A DNA stretch of 64,000 bases from Lingula anatina (taxonomy: Eukaryota; Animalia; Brachiopoda): NCBI GenBank assembly GCA_051362555.1, contig CM120647.1:19816651-19880650 (forward strand), in the 5' to 3' direction. Positions 12,433-23,773 of this stretch are shown here, in pieces. Made by a program: the position numbers and the translations under genes. The notes under the pieces were generated by a model. That model saw only the letters and a program-made list of their open reading frames with translations. It made no database searches and was not told the DNA's origin. How positions within the stretch are numbered: position 1 is the first letter of the stretch; each line of letters opens with the position of its first letter.

Positions 12433-12782
12433 GCACGCTTTCCGCTTACATGTAGAATATGCATCGTATTTTGCTTTATATTCATAAATTGTGGAAATTG
12501 TAACATCAAACGCATACAAAAATTATCAGGAAATAGTTCACCTAAGTTCACAGAGTTGGGAAAGCACGCTGCAATCCTGAATCGGCGGTTAAACAGCGAT
12601 GACATGAAATCGTCTTTCGTGCGCACGCTTTCCGCTTAGAATATGCATCGTATTATGCTTTATATTCATAAATATTAGAAAATGTAACATTAAAAACATA
12701 AAATTTATCACCTAACTTCACAGAGTTGGGAAAGCACACTGCAATACTGAATCGGCAATGACGTGAAATCGTTTTTTCGTGA
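12433..12782. repeat. ~190 bp tandem duplication
   Basis: gcacgctttccgctta..agaatatgcatcgtatt..ttcacagagttgggaaagcac occurs twice. Confidence 0.8.
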
Positions 12783-13034
12783 GTTACACACCAAAAAGTG
12801 GGAACCGAATATAGCTAATTTAATTAAACTCATTTAATATTCATGTGACCGGGTCATTACGTCAATAATGGAAATCTTTACAATTTACGCCGAGCCCCTC
12901 GTACGAATCTGAATGGGAAAACAAAATGTGGTTTCCCTGTCGTGCGTGACTGAAGAAAACGTAACAGGACTGGGTCATAACATCTGTGATTACACTTTCC
13001 GATGAGAGGATTTACTTACAGATTGATGTTTTAA

Positions 13035-13413
13035 AGGTACATACGAACCGAGCATCGGTGGAGCGTGGATTCCCAGTATTAAACACATGTAAACCACTTC
13101 TACTAGTTTCTTATACGACTCTAATAAATTCGACATGCCCAGGGATAAACTGAATAAATCACCCGATCAGCCATAAAAGAGCTTTAGAGTGCTCCTTTCT
13201 TTAAATTTTTGGTTGTCAATTTAACCTACTTTCGTAACCTACTTTTCTGCCCCATTGACATACAGCATAGAATGCTAGCAAAAAAAAATCTGTTCAAACA
13301 TCACTTTCGGGTAAAATTAAACAATGCCTTTTAGTAATTCTTTTATACTACTTGAAACTGTATGCTGGGATTTGGTTGGTTTTTGTGACAAAAAATTGAC
13401 TTTGTATGTATCT
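13035..13413. mobile_element. TTAA-flanked MITE (Kolobok-like termini)
   Basis: TTAA|AGGTACATAC ... GTATGTATCT|TTAA; 9 of 10 TIR bases match. Confidence 0.55.
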
Positions 13414-13819
13414 TTAAAAAGAGAAGAGTGTATTTTAGGTATTTAAATCCCGAAATTGAACGATTTGTATAGTTCACGTGTATGAGAGATAACACTTTTT
13501 AGTAAAGTTGAAAACGGAAGCGATGGTAATGCACTACAATTCGTTTTCTTCACCTATCAAGTTTTGGCGAAGAGCAATTTTTGTTTTACTCTAGCGTGTG
13601 TGGGTACACGATCCCTGTGATGACCAAAACATGACAATACTATTCTGAGACCTTTCTTTTCCCTATTGTACTGCAAAACAGGCTGGCATGTCTGTGCCCA
13701 GATTTTAACCCTGATTTAGTGTCTTTTTTCTGCTAAGAATAATAAAGTTTAAAATACACAGAAATGTTTGGAAACAAAAAAAAAATTGTTCAAAAATGTT
13801 CATTAGCTTGGTTGTTGGA

Positions 13820-14009
13820 TATACATGAAATTCTCAAACACAAACCTCATTTTTTTTTCATACCGTTAGCTTACCACGCTATACCACCTAGCGGTCAGTG
13901 AGTATGAACAACTTCTCACGTCAGTCTGATGAAGGCCTTCGACCAGGTTGGCCGTAAGCTAACGGTATGAAAAAAAATTGAGGCTTGTGTTTGAGAATTT
14001 CATGTATAT
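13820..14009. repeat. ~55 bp inverted repeat with a hammerhead-like motif; possible Penelope-like element remnant
   Basis: catgaaattctcaaacacaa..taccgttagctta is mirrored at 13955-14009. Spacer contains CTGATGA-aGGCC..GGCC-GtAA-GC-TA. Confidence 0.5.
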
Positions 14010-14766
14010 AAAGAAATTGTTGTAAAAAGACAAAACCACCCCCTTTCATATGAACGCACCCCATCGAAATCCAACACATAGGAATATTTTGACAGATTTT
14101 CAAAGATGATAACCCATTCTTTTTGTCCAGTAAAGATATGCTTGGAGACCCTCACGAATCATCCAAGGTACTTTTATATAAGATCCAAAGACCTTGAAAT
14201 GAATTTATCCATTCGTTCATCCATTTTTAAAATCTATTTGGCGGGTTCCAGATTTAATCTACCAACAAAGCAATATTTTAATTGATAATCGTGTTGTTTA
14301 TAATTTAAAATATTTTATACTGAATCCAAATCAACTCAGTTTTTAGCAACAACACAAAACGCCATGAGACGGAATAGTGACAATTAAATTATTCACATTT
14401 GTTAAGTTAAGAACCATTCCAGCATCAGTTACATGAAACTAATACAGCGCATGTTACACAATCTATACGGACTCTGTCTTATAAAATACTGACATATTTG
14501 AATGCAAATAACTTTGTTTAAGCTGTTGCTTTAAAAAGCATATAATTGTTACAAGCTTATTTACACAGAATATTATAAAACAATTTATCAGTGTAAGATA
14601 TGTGCATATATATGTGACCAAAGCAAGAACCCCAGCATTCACACATACAGTGTAAGTGCACAGCAGTCACAGATACTGGTAAGTGTATATGTACCCCTGT
14701 ATATGTATATGTTATGTATATGTATATGCGTATGTATATGTTATGTACTTGTGACCGATCGTCATC

Positions 14767-16401
14767 TTAATACAAATACCATAACACGCAGTACGTGGCA
14801 GCCATTAGGGTAGTTAGCAACAGTTCTAGATTGCACACTCCGCGGCCGCTTGAAGTTTGAGGCTTTTTTGTAGAATGGGGCGTGGTCGACGTGGTGGACA
14901 CGTGGTTGTTTTGCGAATGCGTCACACTTGTTGATGTGATGCCATTTGGAGTGGTTTTAGTGGGCGTGGTCGTAGATGCACCGGAAACTGTTGTCATTGC
15001 TCTGGTACATCCATCCTGGTTACATGTGCAGACCTCGGCTGATGTGGTGCTAATTTGTTGATCGTTTGAACCAAAAGAAAACAACCCAGTCAAGGCTGCG
15101 TCACTGTTTGTCAATCTTGAACATCCGTCAGCTGATTTACTCGCCGAGCACATCCTCTCCGTCATAGCCAAGGTGAAGCTCACGAATAACTAAGTAAAAT
15201 GAAAGGACTTTGTAAAAATGTAAAGAACCGTATCTGAGAACAAACAAGTGTTATTCATTTTGTTGTTGTTGTTGTTGTTGTTTGCATTCTTTAGGAGGAT
15301 AAATGAGAATCAATATGGACTTAAACTGGCGACAGTACAGACAGTTGTCATTTGTGTGTTTATAACTGTATTTTTGTTAATGTACTTCTAGAAATAAATG
15401 TATGTTACTACAACTGCCAATATTCAAACATTCTATTTCATCAGAAATTAGGACAACTGAAACATCATTTATTTACTAACTTATTTGTTCGATCGTTCGT
15501 TTATTTATTTATTTATTTTATTCATTCATTTATTTTTTAATAGTTTGTTTGCTATTCCCTACCACTGACATCCTCCCTTCGCCCACAACGCTCAGACACG
15601 ACCCGCGGCAGCTGACAGTCTTTGTCTGGGATGGATTGGACACACACTTTTGGTCTGTTTCCCCCAGAAACAAGCCGCCAACAGTATGCAGAATTGACTG
15701 TGTCCAAGAGTCGTCTGAGCTGTATTGCATGTACTCACATCTGGGGCACTGCACTGCTGGAACTGTAAGGATTTGCATAAATAATGGATGGATACCAGTA
15801 AATAACCACCTAAATGAAATTATTAATTCAAAAGAAGACAAAATATCATCTTTTTTGCAGTCTAACAAACATGACATGTGTATATGTACATGTGTATATT
15901 CATCTCTCTGCTGTCCACTCTACAATAATTGCATTTGGCTGCGGAATCTTAATTCTGGGCTAGGTTCAAGCCCAAGCCGGGATAATTAACCGACGCCAAA
16001 GACTTTGTTACATGTTTATTATCTTTGTCAGGTATTGTAACAAAACGAGATGTTTTTTAATGCATATAAACCATGCAGCGGAGAAGGTCAGAGGTGGTGG
16101 AGTGAGTTGACTAGAAGGTCCATTAACTAAAATCATTAACCTGACTTGACCGCCTCTCGTCCAATCGGGAAGCGTCAAAATTCATGATCATGTAACACTC
16201 TTTGTAGCTTAATCGAAGGGACATGAAAATTTTGTTAAGTCTCGCTGAGGGTCTGCTTTTAATAATTTTAAAGTGGATTGTGAAATGTGAAAAAAAAACA
16301 TAAAACCTCTCTAAATATTACTAGTAAGTTACTAGTTTACTATTGAGTGAGACTAAATAAAGTATGATAATTTTTTCCAAAAAAGCAAGATGATGATATT
16401 A

Positions 16402-16440
<39 letters not shown>

Positions 16441-17697
16441 TACCCCTACCTTGTGGTAATGTCGCAAGACTCGTGGTATCCACATTACATCGGTCTGAGT
16501 TACACACACACAGGCGTCCCTCCATGGCGGTCACAATGGACACGTTCGAGAGGATGTTCTGAATGTCCTCCAGATTAGCCAAGGTCAGATTCATGCACCC
16601 TTCCTCGACACTGGTCGTTGCTAAGCAACCGCGTACCCAGTCACGTGTGTTAACAGCGGAGTTGGCGTCCTAGAGAGATTCATATTTTTTTTTCACATCT
16701 TTTAACACAACAAGTGGTGTCCACAAGCAGTACGCAGATAAATATAACATGTAAAACTTACACATTCTTATACCCCGTTTTCTCTGTTATTATTTTTAAT
16801 CTAATTATTTTTTTACTTGTCATTTCACAGGGAATTTAACATGAGTCAAGTCAGTGACGCAAAGTTTTTTTTATATAATATTTGCACAATTTTGACTTGT
16901 CCCATTTTTCACTGTTTATTTCCATGGTACCTATCATTATGGCAATGAAAAATTGATATGGAACAGTTATGTAAATATTACACAAAATGTCTACCTGTAT
17001 ATTTTTTTCTGCAATGAAACTTGTCAATTTTTATTTTGAATAATTGGAAATACAGCACATCTCCTAGCTGCAGAGAGGAGAGAGAGAGAGCAAATTCAAA
17101 ACAGACTGACTTCCCGTCGTCGGCTCTTCCCCAGAAACCTACTACAACACCAGATACTTACCGTTTTTGTTAAAGACTGGGTGACCCTCAGATAGTAACA
17201 GGACCCACTACACTCGGCAAAGCTTGTCGCCGCAGAGGGGTTGTCTTCGCATCGCTGGTCGTAGTTGTGGTAAAAGTATTCTAAGAGGGAACTTGCCTTA
17301 TTTCCAAATGACTGGCAGTCAAGGCACTGAATAGCTGTTCCTAGTTTCCAAAAATTGATAAAGTTAGATAACAAGAAAGAACCTCGCTCTCACCCTTCGC
17401 CCTCAATTTAAGTTTGAGAGAAGGGGGGGGGGGGGGTCAAATAATAAACAACACTTCTTTAAGCAGTCTTGAAATGTAAAATAAAACTGGTTGGTTGTGC
17501 AAAACAACCATGGATCAGTCGCGCCTCTTCACCTCATCTTTCTATCATGTAGGCCCCTACTGTATGTACGATTTATAGACAACACCATTACGCCTATATT
17601 AATATGTATATGTAGCATGAATGTGCGCAAATACATGTCATTTACCTGACTGCACAAAACACAGGAGGACAACCAAGCTTTGATAAAAAGAAGCCAT
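14767..17697 (-). CDS. Gene C: secreted/GPI-type protein with two LU domains and a Ser/Thr stalk, ~355 aa (exons 17646-17697, 17162-17340, 16450-16669, 15563-15756, 14767-15189)
   Basis: Signal MASFYQSLVVLLCFVQSG. LU1 CLDC..CVCNSDRCN. LU2 CPRC..CTCNQDGCT. Thr-rich stalk, then SSG and hydrophobic tail LELLLTTLMAATYCVLWYLY-stop. In-frame GT-AG splicing. Confidence 0.88.
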
Positions 17698-17873
17698 GTT
17701 GAGACGTGAGCGCTTTCTGCAGTCAGCACAGAAAAATACACCTGGTGTCATTTCATTTGTCTCGTTTTTTAAAACAGAAAAAAAAAACGCATGCGCATTT
17801 TCGTCACTTCCAAGAAGTGCTAAAAGTAGTACTCTCAGTGGAGTGCCTCATTCAAGACGGGATTTTCAAAAGA

Positions 17874-17928
<55 letters not shown>

Positions 17929-19153
17929 CGTTAAAGTGGAAAACCGTTTTTGTTGATCTCAGGTATAACGTCTGAAGTGAGATTTCGTTTACAAAATGTA
18001 TACACTACTGGTACACTTATAGGCACAAAATAACCGATTTTAATCACTTTTGCCGTTTAGAACCGACGGTTCAAATCTAGGCAGCAAAGTGACCAAGTAC
18101 AAAATACATACACCAACCAACAAATGATAATGATGATGATGATGATAAAACACCGATGCAAATTTATAGGAAAGGAACTAAAGCCTGTAAATGAACAGAC
18201 ATACATGTCAAAACTTATAGAATTAACCTTGAGACAACACAGTATATGAACGCTCTTCAGTCACACCTGGAAAATGTCAATTTGTGAAAAATGACAAAAA
18301 TTCACAAACGCACACCCACACACTAAGAGACAAAAAAGCCATCGGTTGATGTTCGATTTCCCAACAGTTTTTAATCTTCTGAATCAATAAAACGTGTTTT
18401 AGTATAATTAACACTGTTGATCGTGTTTGATTGCATTAACAGATCAAAAAATCCAGAAGAGCACATGTTGACGACTGGGACCGTGATTTTCCGTAATAGA
18501 CATGGAAATGCAATGGCGGAGGGGGAAGGGGGGGGGGGATGCTGTGACGTATCCGATTTAAGTAACAAAAATAGCACAGTTTTGCACCGGTGCCACTGGG
18601 CAGTGAGGTAAGCGTTTTAGGACACCAACATTTTCTTGCGTCCATCATTAACCGGATCAATGAAATGCATGTACCCTAGCAAAGTGATTACTTTATTACT
18701 GTACATTATTCCACGTGCGTGCAGTGGATATTGTTACAATTTATTAACTTTATAGTAGGATGGCCAATTTAAGTCCAATAACTTGATGAGACGGAACAGA
18801 GACAATTAAATTATTCACATTTGTTAAGTTAAGAACCATCCCAGCATCAGTTACATGTAGGCCTACTGGCACTGTGTATGTTACACAATCTATACTGAAT
18901 CTGTCTTATAAGATACTGAAATATTTGAATGCAAATAACTTTGATTAAGCTGTTGTTTTGAAAAGCATGTAACAAGCTTATTTACACAGAATATTATAAA
19001 ACAATTTATCAGTGTAAGATATGTGCAAATGACCAAAGTAATAGTTCCAGCACTATAAGGGACACATTCACACATACAATGTGGAGTGCACAGCAGTCAC
19101 AGATACTGGTAAGTGCATATGTATATGTTATGTACTTGTGACCGATCGTCATC

Positions 19154-21491
19154 TTAACACAAACACCATAACATGCAGTACGTGGCAGCCATTATTGTGG
19201 TTAGCAACAGTTCCAGATTGCACACGCCGCAGCTACTTGAAGTTTGAGGCTTGTGTGAAGGATTTACAGTACTTGAACTGTTATCTTTAATTCCTGTGGT
19301 ATATCTCAAAGACAAAGTCGTCGTGGAATGCGTGAATTTTGTTGACCTTGGTGTGATACTAGAGGGCGTGGTTTTTGTGGGCGTGGTCCAAGTGGCAGAT
19401 GATTTTGTGGGCGAGGCCGTCGTCAAATATGATTTTGTAGGCGTGGCCGTGGTCGTAGATGACTTTGTGGGCGTGGTCGTAGATGACTCTGTGGGCGTTT
19501 TCGTGGTCGTAGATGACTTTGTGGGCGTGGTCGTGGTCGTGGTCGTAGATGACTCTGAGGGCGTGGTCGTGGTCGTAGATGACTCTGTGGGCGTTTTGGT
19601 GGTCGTAGATGACTTTGTGGGCGTGGTCGTGGTTGTAGATACAGCGGAAAGTGTTGTCATTGGTCTGGTACATCCATTTTGGTTACATGTGCAGACTTCG
19701 GCTGATGTGGTGTGACTTTGCAGGCCGGTGCCAGTCAAGGAATCCAATGAAAACAACCCAGTCATGGCTGCGTCACTGTCTGTCAATCGTGAACATCCGT
19801 CAGCAGATTTACTCGCAGAGCATAACCGCTCCGTCAGCTTCATAGTGACTGTCACCAATGACTTAGTTAAAGAAAGAAATTATAGTGTAAATAAAAGAGC
19901 CACTTTAGAACAAACAACTGCTTATCATTTTAGTTAGTTTGTCTGCTTTCTGTAGGAGAAATGGATCAATATGGACTTTGATTGGTGGCAGTACAGTTTA
20001 TTGTCATTTTTTCGTTTACATTACTGTGTTCCGCTTAATGTACTTCTGAAAATTTATGTTACTGCACCTGCTACATATTCTATATCATAAGAGTCTCAGG
20101 CAATGGAATACAAAGCAAAACATATCTATTTATTAATGTGCTTGAAATTTCTTGTTTGTTTGCTGGCTCGTTATTTTGTTAGTTTTTTTTAGTTTGTTTG
20201 TTTGTTTATTTTTTTTTTCTTACCATAGACATCGTCCCATCGCCTACAGAGCTCAGACATGACCCGCGGCAGTTGACCGTCTTTGTCTGGGATGGATTCG
20301 AAACACAATTTTGGTCCATTTCCCCCAGAAACCAGTTCCCAATAAGTCCTAGGAGTAACTGTACCATGAAGTCGCTGGAGGTATACTCCATGTACTCACA
20401 TTTGGGACATTCCACTGCTGGAACTTTTGCATAAATAATGGATTAATACCAGTAAATAGATAAATGAAATAATTAATTCAAATTTTTTGTAAACCAATAA
20501 TAATTAGTTGCCCACACCTTAGCAAAATGAAAGTTTTCAGCAATATTGCACCAAATTTAATGTTTGCGGCAACGAGTTTGCAAGAAAATTTATTGCTGCT
20601 TACATTCAGATATATTGCAGCAAATATGCCGTTAATTTGCAAGAAGGAATTGCAGTTTGCAGCAACAGTAGAGCAAATTCGCTGCAAATTTGCAACAGGG
20701 CTGATATTTTGCTAAAAAGTATTATAAACAGTTTTTAACTTTGCCTGAGATCTCCCCATGGCTTGGTTCAACCCTAAACTGGTTAACCCTAACCCTAAAC
20801 CCTAAACTAAATAGGTCCTAATTGAAAGACACCGGAAAATTTGTTACATGTTCAAGATGTTTTCACATATTCATTGTAATTTATTAAGACGCACCGATAA
20901 GTTATTGGTGATGCACCTAAACCATGCGGTGGGCATCGAAATCCAAGATGGCGGAGCGAACTGACTGGGGGGTTCACTTACAAAAAAAAAATGACCTCAC
21001 GTGACTGCCTCTCGACCAATCGGGAAGCGTCAAAATTTATGATCATGCAACACTACTTGCAGCTTGATTGGATTTTAGGGATATGAAATTTCCGTTTACA
21101 GTTGATGAGGGGTCCCCTTCATTACATCAATACGTGAATGAGAACATGTGAAAGAACATAAAGCCTCTGTAAATGTTGCTTGTAAATATTACTAATGGGG
21201 AAGACCTATAACAGTATGATTAAACAGTTCTAAATGTAATAATAATAAAGATAAAAACCCTACCTTGTGGTAATGTCGCAAGACTCGTGGTATCCACATT
21301 ACATCGGTCTGAGTTACACACACACAGGCGTCCCTCCATGGCGGTCACAGTTGACACACTGTTCGGGAGGATGTTCTGAATGTCCTCCAGATTAGCCAAG
21401 GTCAGATTCATACACCCTTCCTCGACACTGGTCGTTGCTAAGCAACCACGTACCCAGTCACGTGAGTTAACAGAGGAGTTGGTGTCCTAGA

Positions 21492-21552
<61 letters not shown>

Positions 21553-23022
21553 CAACATGGGTGGTCCACAAGGGGATAAACAGGTAGGTATTACGTGCAA
21601 AGCTTCGAGTAATTACCAATTTTCACATCCCCTATTTAATGTTTTTTTAAATCAAATTATTTCTTTACATGTCATTACACAGGGAATTTTACAAGTCAGT
21701 GTCACAAACATTTTTTTTTCTGAAACGACCCTTATCTATTAATATTTTGAATAATTAGAAATATAGCACAACTCCTAGCTGCCGAGAAGAGAGAGAGAGC
21801 AGGGCCGTAGCCTGAGCAAAATGCCGGGGGGGTGGGGGGTGGGGGCAGTAAGCGGACAGGAGGGGGCGAAGCCCCCGAGGGGGGGGTGTGGGTTGGGATG
21901 TCCCCCTCCCATGGTGTGGAAACTGTTTTAAAACTGTATGTATAATACTGCATTCTGGTGCCTTTTAACTGTTATTTATTGCTCAATCAGAAGTCAGAAA
22001 TTGTAGGTTTATTTTGCCATAAGTACAGTCATTTTTTCAACACAACACGCCAATTGGACTTCATTTCGTAGATTGTCTCAGGATCAGGAATAACGTTTCA
22101 AAACAGCCCTCCCAGCTTTGTTGGGCAAACAGTCAGGGTAAACAATAACCTGATAACAGCCTGGGGGATCGCTCCCTAAGGGAGGGTGAGCTTTTTGACA
22201 TGAACTGAGTTGGCTAAAAACAGTACACCTTTGTAAACATATATATTGAATGATTGTCTAGTGGCCATGAGTGCATTTTCTTACAGAATTGATACCAACT
22301 TTGCAATTATTTTTTTTTTACCTTTGCGATTATTATTATTATTATTATTAATTTTTTTGCACCTCAAATCTCAGGGGGGGCAGCTGCCCCTCCCCCTGCC
22401 CCCCGGAGGCTACGGCCCTTGAGAGAGAGCAAAACCAGAACGGACTGACTTCACCTCCTCAGCTCTTCCCCAGAAACCCACTGCCACACCAGAGACACTC
22501 AGACTTACTGTCTTTGTTAGAGACTGGGAGACCCTCAGATAGTAGCAGGATCCATGGCACTCTCCCCAGCTTGTCGCCGCAGAGGGGTTATCCTCGCACC
22601 GCCGGTCGTAATTCCGGTAAAGGTTTTGTGAAAAGGAGTCCAAGTTGTAACCAAATGACTGGCAGATAAGGCACTGAATGGCTGTTCCTAGTTTCGAAAA
22701 CTTGATAAAGTTAGATAACATGAAAGACTCTCGCTCTTACGCTTCGCCCTCAAGTTTAAGTTTGAGAAAAGGAGGATCAAATAATAGACAACGCTTCTTA
22801 AATACTCTTGAAATGTAAATACAACTGGTTGGTTGTGCAAAACATCCATGGATCAGTTGCGCCTCTTCAATTCAACTTTCTATCATATATGTACGATTTA
22901 AAGACAAAATCATTACGCCTACATACATACGTACACGTAGCATGAATGTTCGCAAACACATGTAATTTACCTGACTGCACAAAACACAGGAGGACAAACA
23001 AGCTTTGACCAATAGAAGCCAT
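19154..23022 (-). CDS. Gene D: paralog of C with expanded mucin stalk, ~451 aa (exons 22971-23022, 22509-22687, 21264-21486, 20224-20417, 19154-19861)
   Basis: Same exon layout as C (52/179/223/194 nt). Signal MASIGQSLFVLLCFVQSG, two LU domains, TTTTPTKSS repeats, hydrophobic GPI-like tail. Confidence 0.88.
19370..19640 (-). repeat. Coding minisatellite encoding the TTT(T)P(T/S)(K/E)SS mucin repeats of gene D
   Basis: Repeated gtgggcgtggtcgtggtcgtagatgac units of ~24-36 bp on the + strand. Confidence 0.9.
20517..20717. mobile_element. Small MITE-like insertion in gene D intron 3
   Basis: ttagcaaaat..attttgctaa inverted termini; internal tgcagcaa repeats; not seen in the equivalent intron of C. 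Confidence 0.45.
21800..22420. mobile_element. hAT-like non-autonomous element in gene D intron 2
   Basis: TIRs AGGGCCGTAGCC / GGCTACGGCCCT, inserted in a GA run that is duplicated on both sides. Empty site visible in gene C at ~17080-17095. Confidence 0.8.
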
Positions 23023-23773
23023 GTTGAGACGACTGCACTTTCTACAGTCAACACATAATAATACACCCGGTGTCATTTCATTTGTACGTTTTTGAAAACA
23101 GAAAAACGCATGCGCATTTTCGTTACTTCCGCGAAGTGCAATAGTGCAGTGCCTCATTCAAGACGGGGTTTTCAAAAGAAAAAAATGTTTATATATTTGT
23201 TCGCTAAAGTGGAAAACCGTTTTTGTTGATCTCAGGTAAAACGTCTGAAGTGAGATTTCGTTGATAAAACGGGTAGACTACTGGTACACTTATAGGTACA
23301 AAATAACCGGTTTTTATCACTTTTACAGTTTAGAACCGATGGTTCAAATCTAGACAGCAAAGCGGCTAAATACAAAATACATACACCAACCAACAAATGA
23401 TAATGATGATGATGATAAAACACAGAGACAAATTTTATAGGCAAGGGACCAAAGCCTTCAAATGCACGAACATACATGTCAAAACTTATAGAAGTAACCT
23501 TGAGACAACACAATATATTAACGCACTTCAGTCACACCTGAAAAATGTCAATTTGTGAACATTGGCAAAAATTTACAAACGCACACCCACACACTAAGAG
23601 ACAACAAGCCATCGGTTGATGTTCGATTTCCCAACAGTTTTTAATCTTCTGAATCGAAAAAACGTGTTTTAGTATAATTAATACTGTTGATCGTGTTTGA
23701 TTGCATTAGCAGTTTAAAAAATCCAGGAGAGCACATGTTGACGACTGGGACAGTGTTTGTCCGTAATAGACAT

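Noticed and set aside
19370-19640. Regularly spaced repeats that could suggest a CRISPR array
   Set aside because: No unique spacers, eukaryotic context, and the repeats are in-frame coding sequence.
19251-19715. Val/Asp-rich + strand ORF and His/Asp-rich alternative-frame ORF
   Set aside because: Antisense and shifted readings of the gene D mucin repeat.
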